Both the position numbers and the translations under genes were made by a program. From Gemmatimonadota bacterium (GTDB lineage: Bacteria > Gemmatimonadota > Gemmatimonadetes > Longimicrobiales > RSA9), in contig JBQTID010000055.1 of the NCBI GenBank assembly GCA_052389275.1, forward strand, positions 1 to 63,334: a DNA stretch of 63,334 nucleotides, read 5' to 3'. The notes below the pieces were generated by a model, which was not told the origin of the DNA, did no database searches, and saw nothing but the letters and a program-made list of their open reading frames with translations. Numbering within the stretch: position 1 is the stretch's first letter; each line of letters begins with the position of its first letter. Shown piece after piece: positions 10,204 through 19,131 of the stretch.

Positions 10204-10316
10204 GATAAGCGATAAGAGCGAGAAGAGCGATTAGAGCGATGGGAGCGTCGGTAACAGCGATAGTGTTTTCGTTCTCGCTCTTATCGCTCCAATCGCTCTC
10301 ATCACTTTTATCGCTA
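10204..10316. repeat. period-9 inverted-arm hairpin (GATAAGAGC family)
   Basis: Left arm is GATAAGC GATAAGAGC GAGAAGAGC GATTAGAGC GATGGGAGC. The right arm is GCTCTTATC GCTCCAATC GCTCTCATC ACTTTTATC, the reverse complement with 1-2 mismatches per unit. It includes the stop of the upstream gene and ends 8 nt before the dinG GTG. Confidence 0.85.
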
Positions 10317-11558
10317 GGTCTTCAAAGTCTTCTTCTTCGCCGCCGGGAAGAGGACGTTATTGAGAATCAGTCTGTATCCTGGCGAATGCGGGTGCAGATT
10401 GAGATCGGTCTGCTCGTCGCCGACCTGATGCTGCGGATCTTCCGGATCGTGTCCGCCCAGAAACGTCCAGGTGCCCTGGCCATAGGTACCGTGAATGTAT
10501 TTCGACCAGTTGGTGCCTTGTTCATCGGCGAGCACGATGACGCCGGGCTTCAGTCGGTCTTTGCGGAACGACGTCGTCAAGCCGTAGAAATCCGGAATCA
10601 CGTTCTCGTGATCCTGTACCAGCATGGCGGGCACGGGATCGAACTTCGGGCTGAAATCGAAGAGCGTGAACGAGCCGAGCGGCTGGCGCCAGGGTGTGTT
10701 GACCTGGTGACCGTCGATGTCGCTGAACGAGCTGATGGCCGCGTTGGTTTGAACTTCCGCATTCTGGAACGCCATGGTGCGAGCCCATTGCAACTTGCGC
10801 GATGCATTCGGATCCACGGGTGTGTCATCGCTGAAGGGCGCGGCTATGTCCACGTTGACCGCGGCGAGAGCAAGCTCGATGGTTTCGGTCGCCGTGCACA
10901 TCGCGAACAGGAAACCGCCTTCGGCAACATAACGCCGGATCTCCTCAGCAACCGACTTCTTCGCTGCCGGCACGTTCGCCAGTCCGAACTCCTGCGCGAT
11001 GGCCCGGTTCTGTTGTACCGCTTGAACCAGCCACGTCGCACCCGCGTAATTGATGTAGAACTTCGAGTACTGGCCGGTGAAATCTTCGTGATGCAGGTGC
11101 AGCCAATCGTAATTCTTCAACCGACCTTGTAGCACTTCACGATCCCATACTTTGTCGTACGGGACATCGGCGTACGTGAGGGCGAGGGTGACCGCGTCGT
11201 CCCACGGGTTCACGTTGTCGGGCGTATAAACCGCGATCTTCGGCGCCTTCTCGAGGATCACGCTCTCCATATTCGACTCGGCTACCGTGTTGCGAATCTG
11301 CGCGAGCTGTCCTGCTGTTAGCGCTTCGAAGCTGACGCCGCGCAACGCGGCTTCACGCCTGACATCAGCGCGGTCCGGCAGCAAAAACGCGCCTGAGCGA
11401 TAGTTGAGCAGCCACTCGGCGGTGAGCGCGCGGTCCAGCACCCAGTACGTCAGGCCGTAGGCCTTCAGGTGATTCGCCTGGGCGTTGTCCATTGGCACGA
11501 GCAGCTGCGCGTGCGCTCGCGTGGTCGCGGCCATCAGCGCCGCGCACACCAACATCAT
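10314..11558 (-). CDS. conserved secreted protein of unknown function
   Basis: Part of ORF 10314..11576. Signal peptide MMLVCAALMAATTRAHA. The ATG at 11558 is preferred, because the GTG at 11576 lies inside a repeat. I could assign no confident family. Confidence 0.6.
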   Translation of the reverse strand: MMLVCAALMAATTRAHAQLLVPMDNAQANHLKAYGLTYWVLDRALTAEWLLNYRSGAFLLPDRADVRREAALRGVSFEALTAGQLAQIRNTVAESNMESVILEKAPKIAVYTPDNVNPWDDAVTLALTYADVPYDKVWDREVLQGRLKNYDWLHLHHEDFTGQYSKFYINYAGATWLVQAVQQNRAIAQEFGLANVPAAKKSVAEEIRRYVAEGGFLFAMCTATETIELALAAVNVDIAAPFSDDTPVDPNASRKLQWARTMAFQNAEVQTNAAISSFSDIDGHQVNTPWRQPLGSFTLFDFSPKFDPVPAMLVQDHENVIPDFYGLTTSFRKDRLKPGVIVLADEQGTNWSKYIHGTYGQGTWTFLGGHDPEDPQHQVGDEQTDLNLHPHSPGYRLILNNVLFPAAKKKTLKT

Positions 11559-11568
11559 TATTCGTTTG

Positions 11569-11607
11569 CTTCTCACAATCTCACCTTCTCACAGCTCACA
11601 CACTCGC
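11569..11607. repeat. single-arm period-8 array (TGTGAGNN type)
   Basis: The minus strand reads GCGAGTGT GTGAGCTG TGAGAAGG TGAGATTG TGAGAAG. It fills the spacer between the TPR gene stop (11612) and the next gene start. Confidence 0.7.
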
Positions 11608-11611
11608 AACG

Positions 11612-13372
11612 TTACGACCGCGGTACGCGACCTTGCAGTCTGTCCAACTCCTGCCGCGCCTGCGGCACGAGCGCACTGCGCGGATACTCGATAATCAGCT
11701 TTTCCAGATACTGACGCGCTTCGTCTGCGGCTTCTCCTCGTTCCGTCAAACTGCGCGCCAGCGCGAGCAGTGCAGCGGGCGCTTCAATGCTGCGCGGGTG
11801 CGCCTCGACGATCACGCGTCGCGCGCGCTCGGCATCGAGCGGAAGCTGCGAGCGGTCGGCAATCGCGGCTGCGAAATCCAGAATCGAAGCGCGCTCGGTC
11901 GCGGCCAGCTCGTCGACACTCTTTTCAAGCAAGGTAAATGCTTGCTTGCCGGATCCCGCTCCCACCAACGACATCGACTTGCCGAGCAGCTCGGCTCCCT
12001 TGCGCGAAACTTTACCGAGCAGCGTGACCAGGCGGATCGTCTCCGTGGCTTCGGCGCCATGCAGCGACGGCGCGGCTGCGAGTAGCGCCGCTTTGGCCTC
12101 ATTGACGTCGCCGCGCCGCAGAGCGATTCGGCCACGAGCGATGCTGGACCTGGGACCGCTCACGCCGGCCAGACTTTGCTCCGCTCGCTCAGTCTCGTCC
12201 TTTTCGATATATGCACTCGCCAGCGTCGCTGCGACAGCATCCAGTTCCCGCGCGTTCGGAAATTCGCCGCGAAATGCGGCGAGATCCTGTTCGGCCTGCG
12301 CGAGCCGCCCTTCCTTGGCCATCAGCTGAATGCGCAACGCGATCGCCTGCCGTCTCTGCGGCGAGCTTGCGGCCAGCGAATGCTCGAGCTCCCGGTAGCT
12401 GCGCGCAGCACTCGCCGTATCACCTACCGCGAGGGCCAGCTCGGCCGTGCGCGCCCGGATAGCAAGCATCTGATCCGCGCTCATGTCGACCGGCGTAAGC
12501 TGCGAATACGCCCACAGTGCGACGCGCGGCAGCTGCGCCGCATCCGAGCGCCGTGCCATCTCGACCAGAAAAGATTTACGCTCGGCGCCTCGCAAATCGC
12601 TCGCGACCTCGCGCACGACCTGCTCCGCGCGCTGCGAAAGACCGGCATCGATCGCGAGCTGAGCCGCGGCGCGTTTGCGCGCATGTGATGCTGGTGCCCG
12701 CATTAGCGCGTCCACTAGTCCGGGCAATACCTGGGCGCCCCCATCCTGCAAGGTGGCGAGCCGTCGTTGCACCAGCAGCAAGCCGCGCGCTTCCGCTCCG
12801 ATCGCGCGGTCCCATTCGCGCACTGCACGGCTGTACTCCTCGAGGCCAGCATATGCGTCACCGAGCTCCAGCGCGAGCGCATCGCCGCGACCAACGCGCG
12901 AACGGCCGAGCTCGAGATACTGCAATGCCCTTGTGAACTCGCCGCGCTGCTGCCACACACGCGCGATCTCGCGATATGGCGTCTCGATCTTCGGCGTTGC
13001 CCGCACCCACAGCTCACCGGCGCGCTCGAGATCACGAATCTGGTCCAGCGATGAGAACGCGCGCACCAGCATCTGATGCCCAATGGCGGATGTCTGGTCT
13101 GCCTTCAGATGCGCTTCGACAAACGGAATCAGATCCGCGAGGCGACCTTCCATGCGCAGCACACGCTCGTACGAGAGCAGTGCGCTCAACGACTGCGGGT
13201 TCAGTTTGAGTATACGCTCGAGAATCAGCCGGGATCCCGCGAAGTCGCCGGCCACCTCGCGCGCACTCGCATCGCGCAGCAGCGCCAGCTCATCCGTGAC
13301 CGGCTGCTCCTGAGCGAAAGCTACTGCCGGCGACAGAAGCAGAAGCGAAAGCAACACCCCTCTGACGCTCAC
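11612..13372 (-). CDS. secreted TPR-repeat protein
   Basis: 586 aa with signal peptide MSVRGVLLSLLLLSPAVAFA and repeated Ala/Leu/Arg-rich helical TPR-like units. Its start overlaps the upstream stop (ATGA-type overlap at 13369-13372). Confidence 0.7.
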   Translation of the reverse strand: MSVRGVLLSLLLLSPAVAFAQEQPVTDELALLRDASAREVAGDFAGSRLILERILKLNPQSLSALLSYERVLRMEGRLADLIPFVEAHLKADQTSAIGHQMLVRAFSSLDQIRDLERAGELWVRATPKIETPYREIARVWQQRGEFTRALQYLELGRSRVGRGDALALELGDAYAGLEEYSRAVREWDRAIGAEARGLLLVQRRLATLQDGGAQVLPGLVDALMRAPASHARKRAAAQLAIDAGLSQRAEQVVREVASDLRGAERKSFLVEMARRSDAAQLPRVALWAYSQLTPVDMSADQMLAIRARTAELALAVGDTASAARSYRELEHSLAASSPQRRQAIALRIQLMAKEGRLAQAEQDLAAFRGEFPNARELDAVAATLASAYIEKDETERAEQSLAGVSGPRSSIARGRIALRRGDVNEAKAALLAAAPSLHGAEATETIRLVTLLGKVSRKGAELLGKSMSLVGAGSGKQAFTLLEKSVDELAATERASILDFAAAIADRSQLPLDAERARRVIVEAHPRSIEAPAALLALARSLTERGEAADEARQYLEKLIIEYPRSALVPQARQELDRLQGRVPRS

Positions 13373-16300
13373 TTCTTCGCCGCCTCCGCTGTATTCAACC
13401 TTTGGAAGTAGTCCAGGATCAAGCGCCGATATGCCGGCGGCAAATCCCGCAGCTGTTCGGCGGTCGGCGTCGCGTAGCGATCCGCATGGTCGAACAATCC
13501 CGGCTTGAGCGCGCGCACTATCGAAGGCGGCAGCGGCTGCGCCGCATCCGCTTTGCGCTGCTCGCTGACTTCGTCTCGTTCCATGGTGCGACCCGCATCC
13601 AGCAGCTTGTGGAACAGCTCCGATTGACGCTGCACTGTCTGCGCCGTCAGTCGTCCGCCCTCGAGATCTTTCGCGATCTGATCGGCTTCCTTGACCAGTT
13701 CGTCGAGGCGGCCCAGCAAGTCGTCGCGCGCGCCGCCCTTGTTCATGCCGCCCAGCTTCTGCGCGATGTCGCGTTGCTCGCGCGCCATGGCTCCGAGCTG
13801 CTGGGCCAATGTCTTCGGTCCGAGATTGAGCGGCAGAAGCGAATTCGACTTGCCGCTCAGGTTGCCTTGCTGTTTGGCCAGCTCGGCCAGCTGCTCGAGT
13901 GCTTGCTGCAGCCCGGTGCCGGTTTCGGATTGGTCGATCTGCTGTCCGTTCTTGAGCAGTTCCAGCGCAAGACGATTCAGCGCTTCGACGGTTTGCTCCG
14001 CTTCCTTGTCCGGCATGTCTTGTTGCGACGCATTCTGAAGCGCGCGCATGGTTTCAGCCATGCTCATGTTTGCGCGCGCGAGCGCGGCGCCGACATCCTT
14101 GTTGACCATCGCCGAGCGCTGACTCGCATCCGACAAATTCTTCCCGAGCTGCTCCAGCCCCTGCTTGACCGCCGCCTGGTCGGCGCGGATTTGCTGAAGC
14201 TGCCCTTGCGAGCCACCCGGCTGACCGCTGCTCGATCCGGAGCTACCCTGCTCGCCGGCTTTCTGTCCTTGACCTTTTTGACCCGCCTGGCCGCCCTGTT
14301 GTTTGCCGTTCTCCTTGCTCTGATTCGATTGCTGATCGCCCTGTTGTCCACCCTGCTGAGCGGGTGTAGCCGCCTGCTCGCCCTGCTGTTGCTGCGGCTC
14401 CTTATTGCCCGCCTGCGCAGAGGCGTTCGGCTGCGGCTTCATGCGATCGAGCAGCTCTTTTTGTTTTTCTGCAAGGTTGATCGCGTCCTGCGTCGCATTG
14501 TCGACCGTCTCCTGTACCTCCTTCTTCCAGGAAGCCGACATCTGCTTGCGTGCCGCGTCCAGCGTTTCCGCCGCGTCGCTCAACTTGTCGGACGCTTCCT
14601 GTGCGGATGCGGCGGCCTTCTCCTTGTCATTTTGCAATGCCTGTTTGCCCGCTTGCGACATCGCGTCTTCCGCTTCCTGCGTCTGTTCCTGCGCCTTACC
14701 CGTCTTCGCCGACGCGTCCGCCTCGCCCTGCTCGGACAGCTTCTTCTTCAGTTTGAGCAATGATGAGCCGAGCTCATCCGTCTTTTTCTCGAGCTCCTTC
14801 TCTTGTTCAGCGGTTTGCTTCGGATCCGCCTCGTCCTCCTTCAACTGATCCGCCAGCGCTTCCTGCTGCGCAGAGAGCTCCTTTGCCTGCTGTGCCAGCT
14901 TGCTCATCTCCTGCTCGGCTGCCGCGCGCCGCATCAGGTCGAGACTCTGATCGAGTTTCTCGCGCAGCTGCTCCTGTTGCCTGGCCAGCTCCTCCAGTGC
15001 CTTCTGCACCTGCTCCGGATCGAGCTTCTCGAGCGCCTTGCGCAGCTCGTCCATCTGCTTCTTCAGCTCGGGCGAAAGCAGCTGGTCGTAGAGTTGTCTT
15101 AGTTCCTCGAGCCGCTTCTCGATTTCCGGATCCTGCAGTCCGGCTTGCTCGGATGCGCGCTGCAGGCTCTCGATGCGGTCACGCAGCTTGTCGATTTCGC
15201 CAGCCATAGCCTGCTGCCGCTCGAGTATCTGCCTGGCTTGCTCAGCCTGTTCGCTGCCCAGCTGTTTGTCGCTGCCGCCAGGCGAGCCGCCACTGCCGCG
15301 TTCGCCCGCACGGGCGCCGCTCACGGACTTCCGCTGGAGGTCGCGCGTGCGCGTTTCGAGCTGTTTCATGGCGCGCGCTATGGCATCCGCATCCTTGACC
15401 AGCTCGTTCGCCTGCTCCTGCGCACGTTCGCGCATTTCTTCCATGCCCGGCACACGCAGCGTATACGTGCGCGACACCGCCGACTGCCGCATCGGCGAAT
15501 TGTCGGTGACGCGAATGAAATAACTGAGTGTGTCGCCCGGAAGCAGGCGGTGCGTCGCCGCATCGAGCACGCCCCGTACGAGCTTGCGATCCGCCTCGCC
15601 TTCGAGAGACAGCGGCTGCTGGCTGGCTGCATCCCGCTGTCCCGTCATGCTGGTGCGCCAGCTCACGATCACTGCGCTGGTGATGCCGTGATCGTCCTGC
15701 GCATCTGCAACCAGCAGCTGCTTCATGTCGCCGGGCAGTAGTGTATCGACACCCGGATACATGATCTCGATCGCGGGTGGTGCATCGGCAATGACGGTGA
15801 TGTCGAGGGGCGCGGGGGCCGCGGTCTGATCGACCGGCACGGCGCCGGCAAGCTGCCATTCGTAACTGCCGCTCACGCGCGGCCGCAGGGTCCCCGCGAA
15901 CGCGCTGCCACGGACCGTCAGTCTGGTCAGCTCGGTTTCGCGTGCAATCGTAACGGCGCTCAGCTCACGCGTGCTGCGACCCCTGATGCGCAGCTCACTG
16001 CCGGCCGGCAGCTCCAGTGGCGGCACATCCTTCTCGAAGTGTTCGGACGTGCGATTCAGATAGCCGGGGTAGACTACGTCGATCGACAATGCCGAAACCA
16101 GCAGCGGGTCGATCGGTGTAATCGTGAAGGTGTCGCTCACTGCGCCGTCCGGCGCGCGCACCCAATAGCGCACCGCGGCGTCGATCTCGGTAATGCGGGT
16201 CGTCGCGCGTGCATCGAGCACGGGCAACGCCTGTTCGTGCAAAACATCGCCGCGTGCACGCCAATACACAGTGACCATGTCTCGCTGCGGCGCGCCGACG

Positions 16301-16950
16301 CTGACTGCGAGCGAGCCGCCGCGTGCGACGCTGGCATTGCCGGGTTGCACTTCGAGAGCCGGCAGCGCGGACTCGGCGATCGCGGCTACTGGTCTCAGCA
16401 ACGGTGACCAGGCTGCGCGCGACCGCTCCGGCGACGCGAATGCAACGATGGCGACCAGTCCGCACAGCGAGCCCGCCACCGTCAACATGCGGAGTCGTCG
16501 CGTGTGCGTGCGACTGCCAAGTGCGCCGGCAATCTCGAGCGGCTGCGCACCGGCCAGGCGCTTCGCCAGATTCTGTTCGGCCCGACGCAGCAGCCCCTGC
16601 GAGGTGCCGGCGGGCGCGACCTCGTCCATCTCGAGCACGCCGCGCAGCTCGCCTTCGGCGAATCCGAGCTGCGTCTCCGCACTCGCTGCGATCTCGCGAT
16701 CCGTGACGCGTGAAATCCACCGCCTGAAAGCGGTAATCGCGATCGCGATTGCCATGGCGATCGCAATCGCGTCCAGCGTGAGCGGCAGCGTGCGCGTGAT
16801 GCTCGTTGCGAATCCGAGCAGATAGGCGACCAGCAAGACTGCGGGAACCACCGTGAGCACAGCTGCGACCGTCGCGATGGCTGCGTCTCTACGCACCGCC
16901 TCGCGGGCAGTGCGGATGATCGAGCGGAGCGGCGAACCGGACGGACTCAT
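13369..16950 (-). CDS. large membrane-anchored coiled-coil protein (DUF4175-like)
   Basis: 1193 aa with N-terminal TM segments and a long E/K/Q-rich coiled-coil and low-complexity centre (GQQGDQQSNQSKENGKQQGGQAGQKGQGQK). It is translationally coupled on both sides. Confidence 0.65.
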   Translation of the reverse strand: MSPSGSPLRSIIRTAREAVRRDAAIATVAAVLTVVPAVLLVAYLLGFATSITRTLPLTLDAIAIAMAIAIAITAFRRWISRVTDREIAASAETQLGFAEGELRGVLEMDEVAPAGTSQGLLRRAEQNLAKRLAGAQPLEIAGALGSRTHTRRLRMLTVAGSLCGLVAIVAFASPERSRAAWSPLLRPVAAIAESALPALEVQPGNASVARGGSLAVSVGAPQRDMVTVYWRARGDVLHEQALPVLDARATTRITEIDAAVRYWVRAPDGAVSDTFTITPIDPLLVSALSIDVVYPGYLNRTSEHFEKDVPPLELPAGSELRIRGRSTRELSAVTIARETELTRLTVRGSAFAGTLRPRVSGSYEWQLAGAVPVDQTAAPAPLDITVIADAPPAIEIMYPGVDTLLPGDMKQLLVADAQDDHGITSAVIVSWRTSMTGQRDAASQQPLSLEGEADRKLVRGVLDAATHRLLPGDTLSYFIRVTDNSPMRQSAVSRTYTLRVPGMEEMRERAQEQANELVKDADAIARAMKQLETRTRDLQRKSVSGARAGERGSGGSPGGSDKQLGSEQAEQARQILERQQAMAGEIDKLRDRIESLQRASEQAGLQDPEIEKRLEELRQLYDQLLSPELKKQMDELRKALEKLDPEQVQKALEELARQQEQLREKLDQSLDLMRRAAAEQEMSKLAQQAKELSAQQEALADQLKEDEADPKQTAEQEKELEKKTDELGSSLLKLKKKLSEQGEADASAKTGKAQEQTQEAEDAMSQAGKQALQNDKEKAAASAQEASDKLSDAAETLDAARKQMSASWKKEVQETVDNATQDAINLAEKQKELLDRMKPQPNASAQAGNKEPQQQQGEQAATPAQQGGQQGDQQSNQSKENGKQQGGQAGQKGQGQKAGEQGSSGSSSGQPGGSQGQLQQIRADQAAVKQGLEQLGKNLSDASQRSAMVNKDVGAALARANMSMAETMRALQNASQQDMPDKEAEQTVEALNRLALELLKNGQQIDQSETGTGLQQALEQLAELAKQQGNLSGKSNSLLPLNLGPKTLAQQLGAMAREQRDIAQKLGGMNKGGARDDLLGRLDELVKEADQIAKDLEGGRLTAQTVQRQSELFHKLLDAGRTMERDEVSEQRKADAAQPLPPSIVRALKPGLFDHADRYATPTAEQLRDLPPAYRRLILDYFQRLNTAEAAKK

Positions 16951-17579
16951 TTGGTCACCTGCGCAATCGCGTAGAGGAAAAGATTCACGCCCATGCGCAG
17001 CGCATTTTCGCGCGCCGCTGCTGAATCGTTGTAGCGCTCGGCATCTTCCCAGCCGTTGCCGAGGTCCGACTCGAAACTGTAAAAGACAACGACGCGTCCT
17101 TCGTGAATGATACCTAGACCCTGCGCGGGCTTGCCTTCGTGCTGATGAACTTTCGGCAGGCCATTCGGAAAGTCGTACAGCACGTGATAGATAGGATGAC
17201 TCGCCGGCAGCTCCACCAATTCGTTGTCAGGAAACACGCGCTTCAGCTCGCGGCGGAAACTCTCGTCCAGTCCATAATTGTCGTCGGCATGCAGGAATCC
17301 GCCGGACGTCAGATATTTCCTGAGGATCTGCACTTCCTCTTCCGTGAAGCGGATGTTGCCGTGCCCCGTTATGTAGATGTACGGATGACTCCAGAGGTTG
17401 GGATCGGTCAATTTGAGCTGGAGCGGCCGATCCACGACATCGAGCCCGGTGCGTTCACGAATCGCGCGCAGCAGGTTGGGCAGACCCGATGGATTCGCAT
17501 ACCAGTCACCACCGCCGCCGTACTGCAATTGCACGATGGCCAGCTTCGCGGCGAACAGGAGTGCGATGAGCGTGTTCAC
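16947..17579 (-). CDS. DUF4159-like (GATase1-like) membrane protein
   Basis: C-terminal 210 aa of ORF 16947..18218. VNTLIALLFAAKLAIVQLQYGGGGDWYANPSGLPNLL..ITGHGNIRFTEEE..GGFLHADDNYG matches my recollection of DUF4159. The GTG at 17577-17579 overlaps the rsmI TGA as GTGA. Confidence 0.7.
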   Translation of the reverse strand: MNTLIALLFAAKLAIVQLQYGGGGDWYANPSGLPNLLRAIRERTGLDVVDRPLQLKLTDPNLWSHPYIYITGHGNIRFTEEEVQILRKYLTSGGFLHADDNYGLDESFRRELKRVFPDNELVELPASHPIYHVLYDFPNGLPKVHQHEGKPAQGLGIIHEGRVVVFYSFESDLGNGWEDAERYNDSAAARENALRMGVNLFLYAIAQVTK

Positions 17580-18424
17580 GAATCGGGCGACCCTTCTGCT
17601 GCAATACCCTGTGTAATTTCGTAGGCGCGGTTGCGAGCTACGTTGAGTGACCTGGCGATCTGTTTGGCGGCGTCGCGCGGCGAGGCGCCGGTCGCAAGCA
17701 GTTCGCGCGCCATGACCAACGCGGCGGTCTCCTGGTCTTCCGGCTTTGCCTCGGGTGCGCCCGCGAGCACAACCGCTACTTCTCCGCGAACCTGCTGATC
17801 CTGGTAATAGGCATACGCCTCTCGCAGGGTTCCGCGCACGAATGTCTCGTGCAGCTTTGTAATTTCGCGGCCGACTGTTACCCGCCGTTCGTCTCCGGCC
17901 ACCGCGATCAGATCCTCCAGCAGCTTGGCCACGCGGCCCGGCGCTTCGTAGATCACGACCGTATGCCGCAGCGTGGCAATTTCCGAGAGCCGTTGCTTTC
18001 TTTCGCGCCCGGAGCGCGGCAGAAACCCGAAGAACGTGAATGGCTCGGGGTCGACGCCGGAGGCGACCAGCGCGGCCAGCAGCGCGGAGGCGCCTGGTAT
18101 GGGAACGACGTCGTGTCCGGCTTCTATGACAGCTTGCACGATGCGTGCGCCCGGATCGGACAGCAGCGGCGTACCCGCATCGGAAACAATTGCGAGATCT
18201 TCGCCGGCCGCCAGCCACGACAGGATCTGCGCAACGCGCGCGGCTTCATTGTGTTCGTGCGCGGAAATCAGCGGAGTCGAGATGCCATGATGCTTGAGCA
18301 GAATGGCAGTCCGGCGAGTGTCCTCCGCAAGCACCCTGCGCGCGGCGCGCAGCGTGTCGATTGCGCGGTGCGTCATGTCGGCCAGGTTGCCAATGGGTGT
18401 GCTTACAATATAGAGGGAGGACAT
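17576..18424 (-). CDS. rsmI: 16S rRNA (cytidine1402-2'-O)-methyltransferase
   Basis: 282 aa. MSSLYIVSTPIGNLADMTHRAIDTLRAARRVLAEDTRRT..VSDAGTPLLSDPG is typical RsmI (tetrapyrrole methylase fold). Confidence 0.85.
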   Translation of the reverse strand: MSSLYIVSTPIGNLADMTHRAIDTLRAARRVLAEDTRRTAILLKHHGISTPLISAHEHNEAARVAQILSWLAAGEDLAIVSDAGTPLLSDPGARIVQAVIEAGHDVVPIPGASALLAALVASGVDPEPFTFFGFLPRSGRERKQRLSEIATLRHTVVIYEAPGRVAKLLEDLIAVAGDERRVTVGREITKLHETFVRGTLREAYAYYQDQQVRGEVAVVLAGAPEAKPEDQETAALVMARELLATGASPRDAAKQIARSLNVARNRAYEITQGIAAEGSPDS

Positions 18425-18454
18425 CTCAGAATTGAACCCCTGAGTTACAGATTC

Positions 18455-18632
18455 GGTCGCGGGCGCGGACGCTGGCGCGGGCCGCGGGAAACCTGCGGGC
18501 GCGGGGCGCGGGCGCCGGCGCGGGAATGCCGGGTAGCGGGCGCCCGCTATCCCGGTTTGCCACGCCCGCGCCCGGAACCCGCGACCCGCTTAGTTTCCCG
18601 CGCCCATGACCGCGCCCGCGACCGCGCCCGCT
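18455..18632. repeat. GC-rich palindromic element (GCGGGCGC / GGGAA family)
   Basis: The left half is rich in GCGGG/CGCGGGAA and the right half in CCCGC/TTCCCGCG. A perfect palindromic centre, TAGCGGGCGCCCGCTA, sits at 18534-18549. It shares GGTCGCGGGCG with the elements at 43154 and 50938. Confidence 0.8.
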
Positions 18633-18660
18633 AAAAAAAGGGACCGAAACGCATGGTCTC
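18632..18660 (-). terminator. candidate rho-independent terminator of trxA
   Basis: The minus strand reads GAGACC AUGCGUUUC GGUCCC followed by UUUUUUU, about 35 nt downstream of the trxA stop. Confidence 0.55.
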
Positions 18661-18693
18661 GGCCCCAATCTGATTCGGCGCTAGCGCGTCGGC

Positions 18694-19035
18694 TCAGGCC
18701 GCCGCCGTGTGCTCTTGAATCTTTCTTTCGAGGAATGCCTTCGGCACGGCCCCGACCACCGTATCGATGTGCTTCCCGTCCTTGAAGAACAGGATGCTTG
18801 GAATCGAGCGGATGTTGAAACGCATCGCAGTCTGCTGGTTCGCGTCCACGTCCAGCTTGCCGACCTTGAGCGTGCCCTCGTATTCACCAGCCAGCTGCTC
18901 TACGACCGGCGCGACCATGCGGCAGGGCCCGCACCAGGCCGCCCAAAAATCCACGAGCACCAGACCCGAGTGCTTCTCGATCTCGTCCCCGAAATTGCCA
19001 TCCGTCACCGTTACGGTCTTGCCGTTCTCGGCCAT
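18694..19035 (-). CDS. trxA: thioredoxin
   Basis: 113 aa with the WCGPC active site (FWAAWCGPCRM). Confidence 0.9.
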   Translation of the reverse strand: MAENGKTVTVTDGNFGDEIEKHSGLVLVDFWAAWCGPCRMVAPVVEQLAGEYEGTLKVGKLDVDANQQTAMRFNIRSIPSILFFKDGKHIDTVVGAVPKAFLERKIQEHTAAA

Positions 19036-19131
19036 TCCATCTCCTTGCTGTGGGCTCCGCCGTGACGATTACGCCAAGCCCATGTTACTTTCCGGGCCCC
19101 AAAGTAGCAAAAAACCGGCCGGAGAAGACCC

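Noticed and set aside
16947-18218. 423-aa version of the DUF4159-like ORF with an Arg-rich N-terminal 213 residues.
   Set aside because: The extension overlaps rsmI in another frame and is low-complexity Arg/Gly/Ala. A GTG at 17579 overlapping the rsmI stop (GTGA) gives a protein that starts with a TM helix.
18426-18668. ORFs inside the GC-rich elements: 18426..18668, 43129..43458, 50909..51172, 50932..51132 and 50936..51247.
   Set aside because: Their translations are Gly/Arg/Pro/Ala repeats generated by the palindromic GC-rich DNA. Both strands give similar ORFs, and there are no start-site signals.
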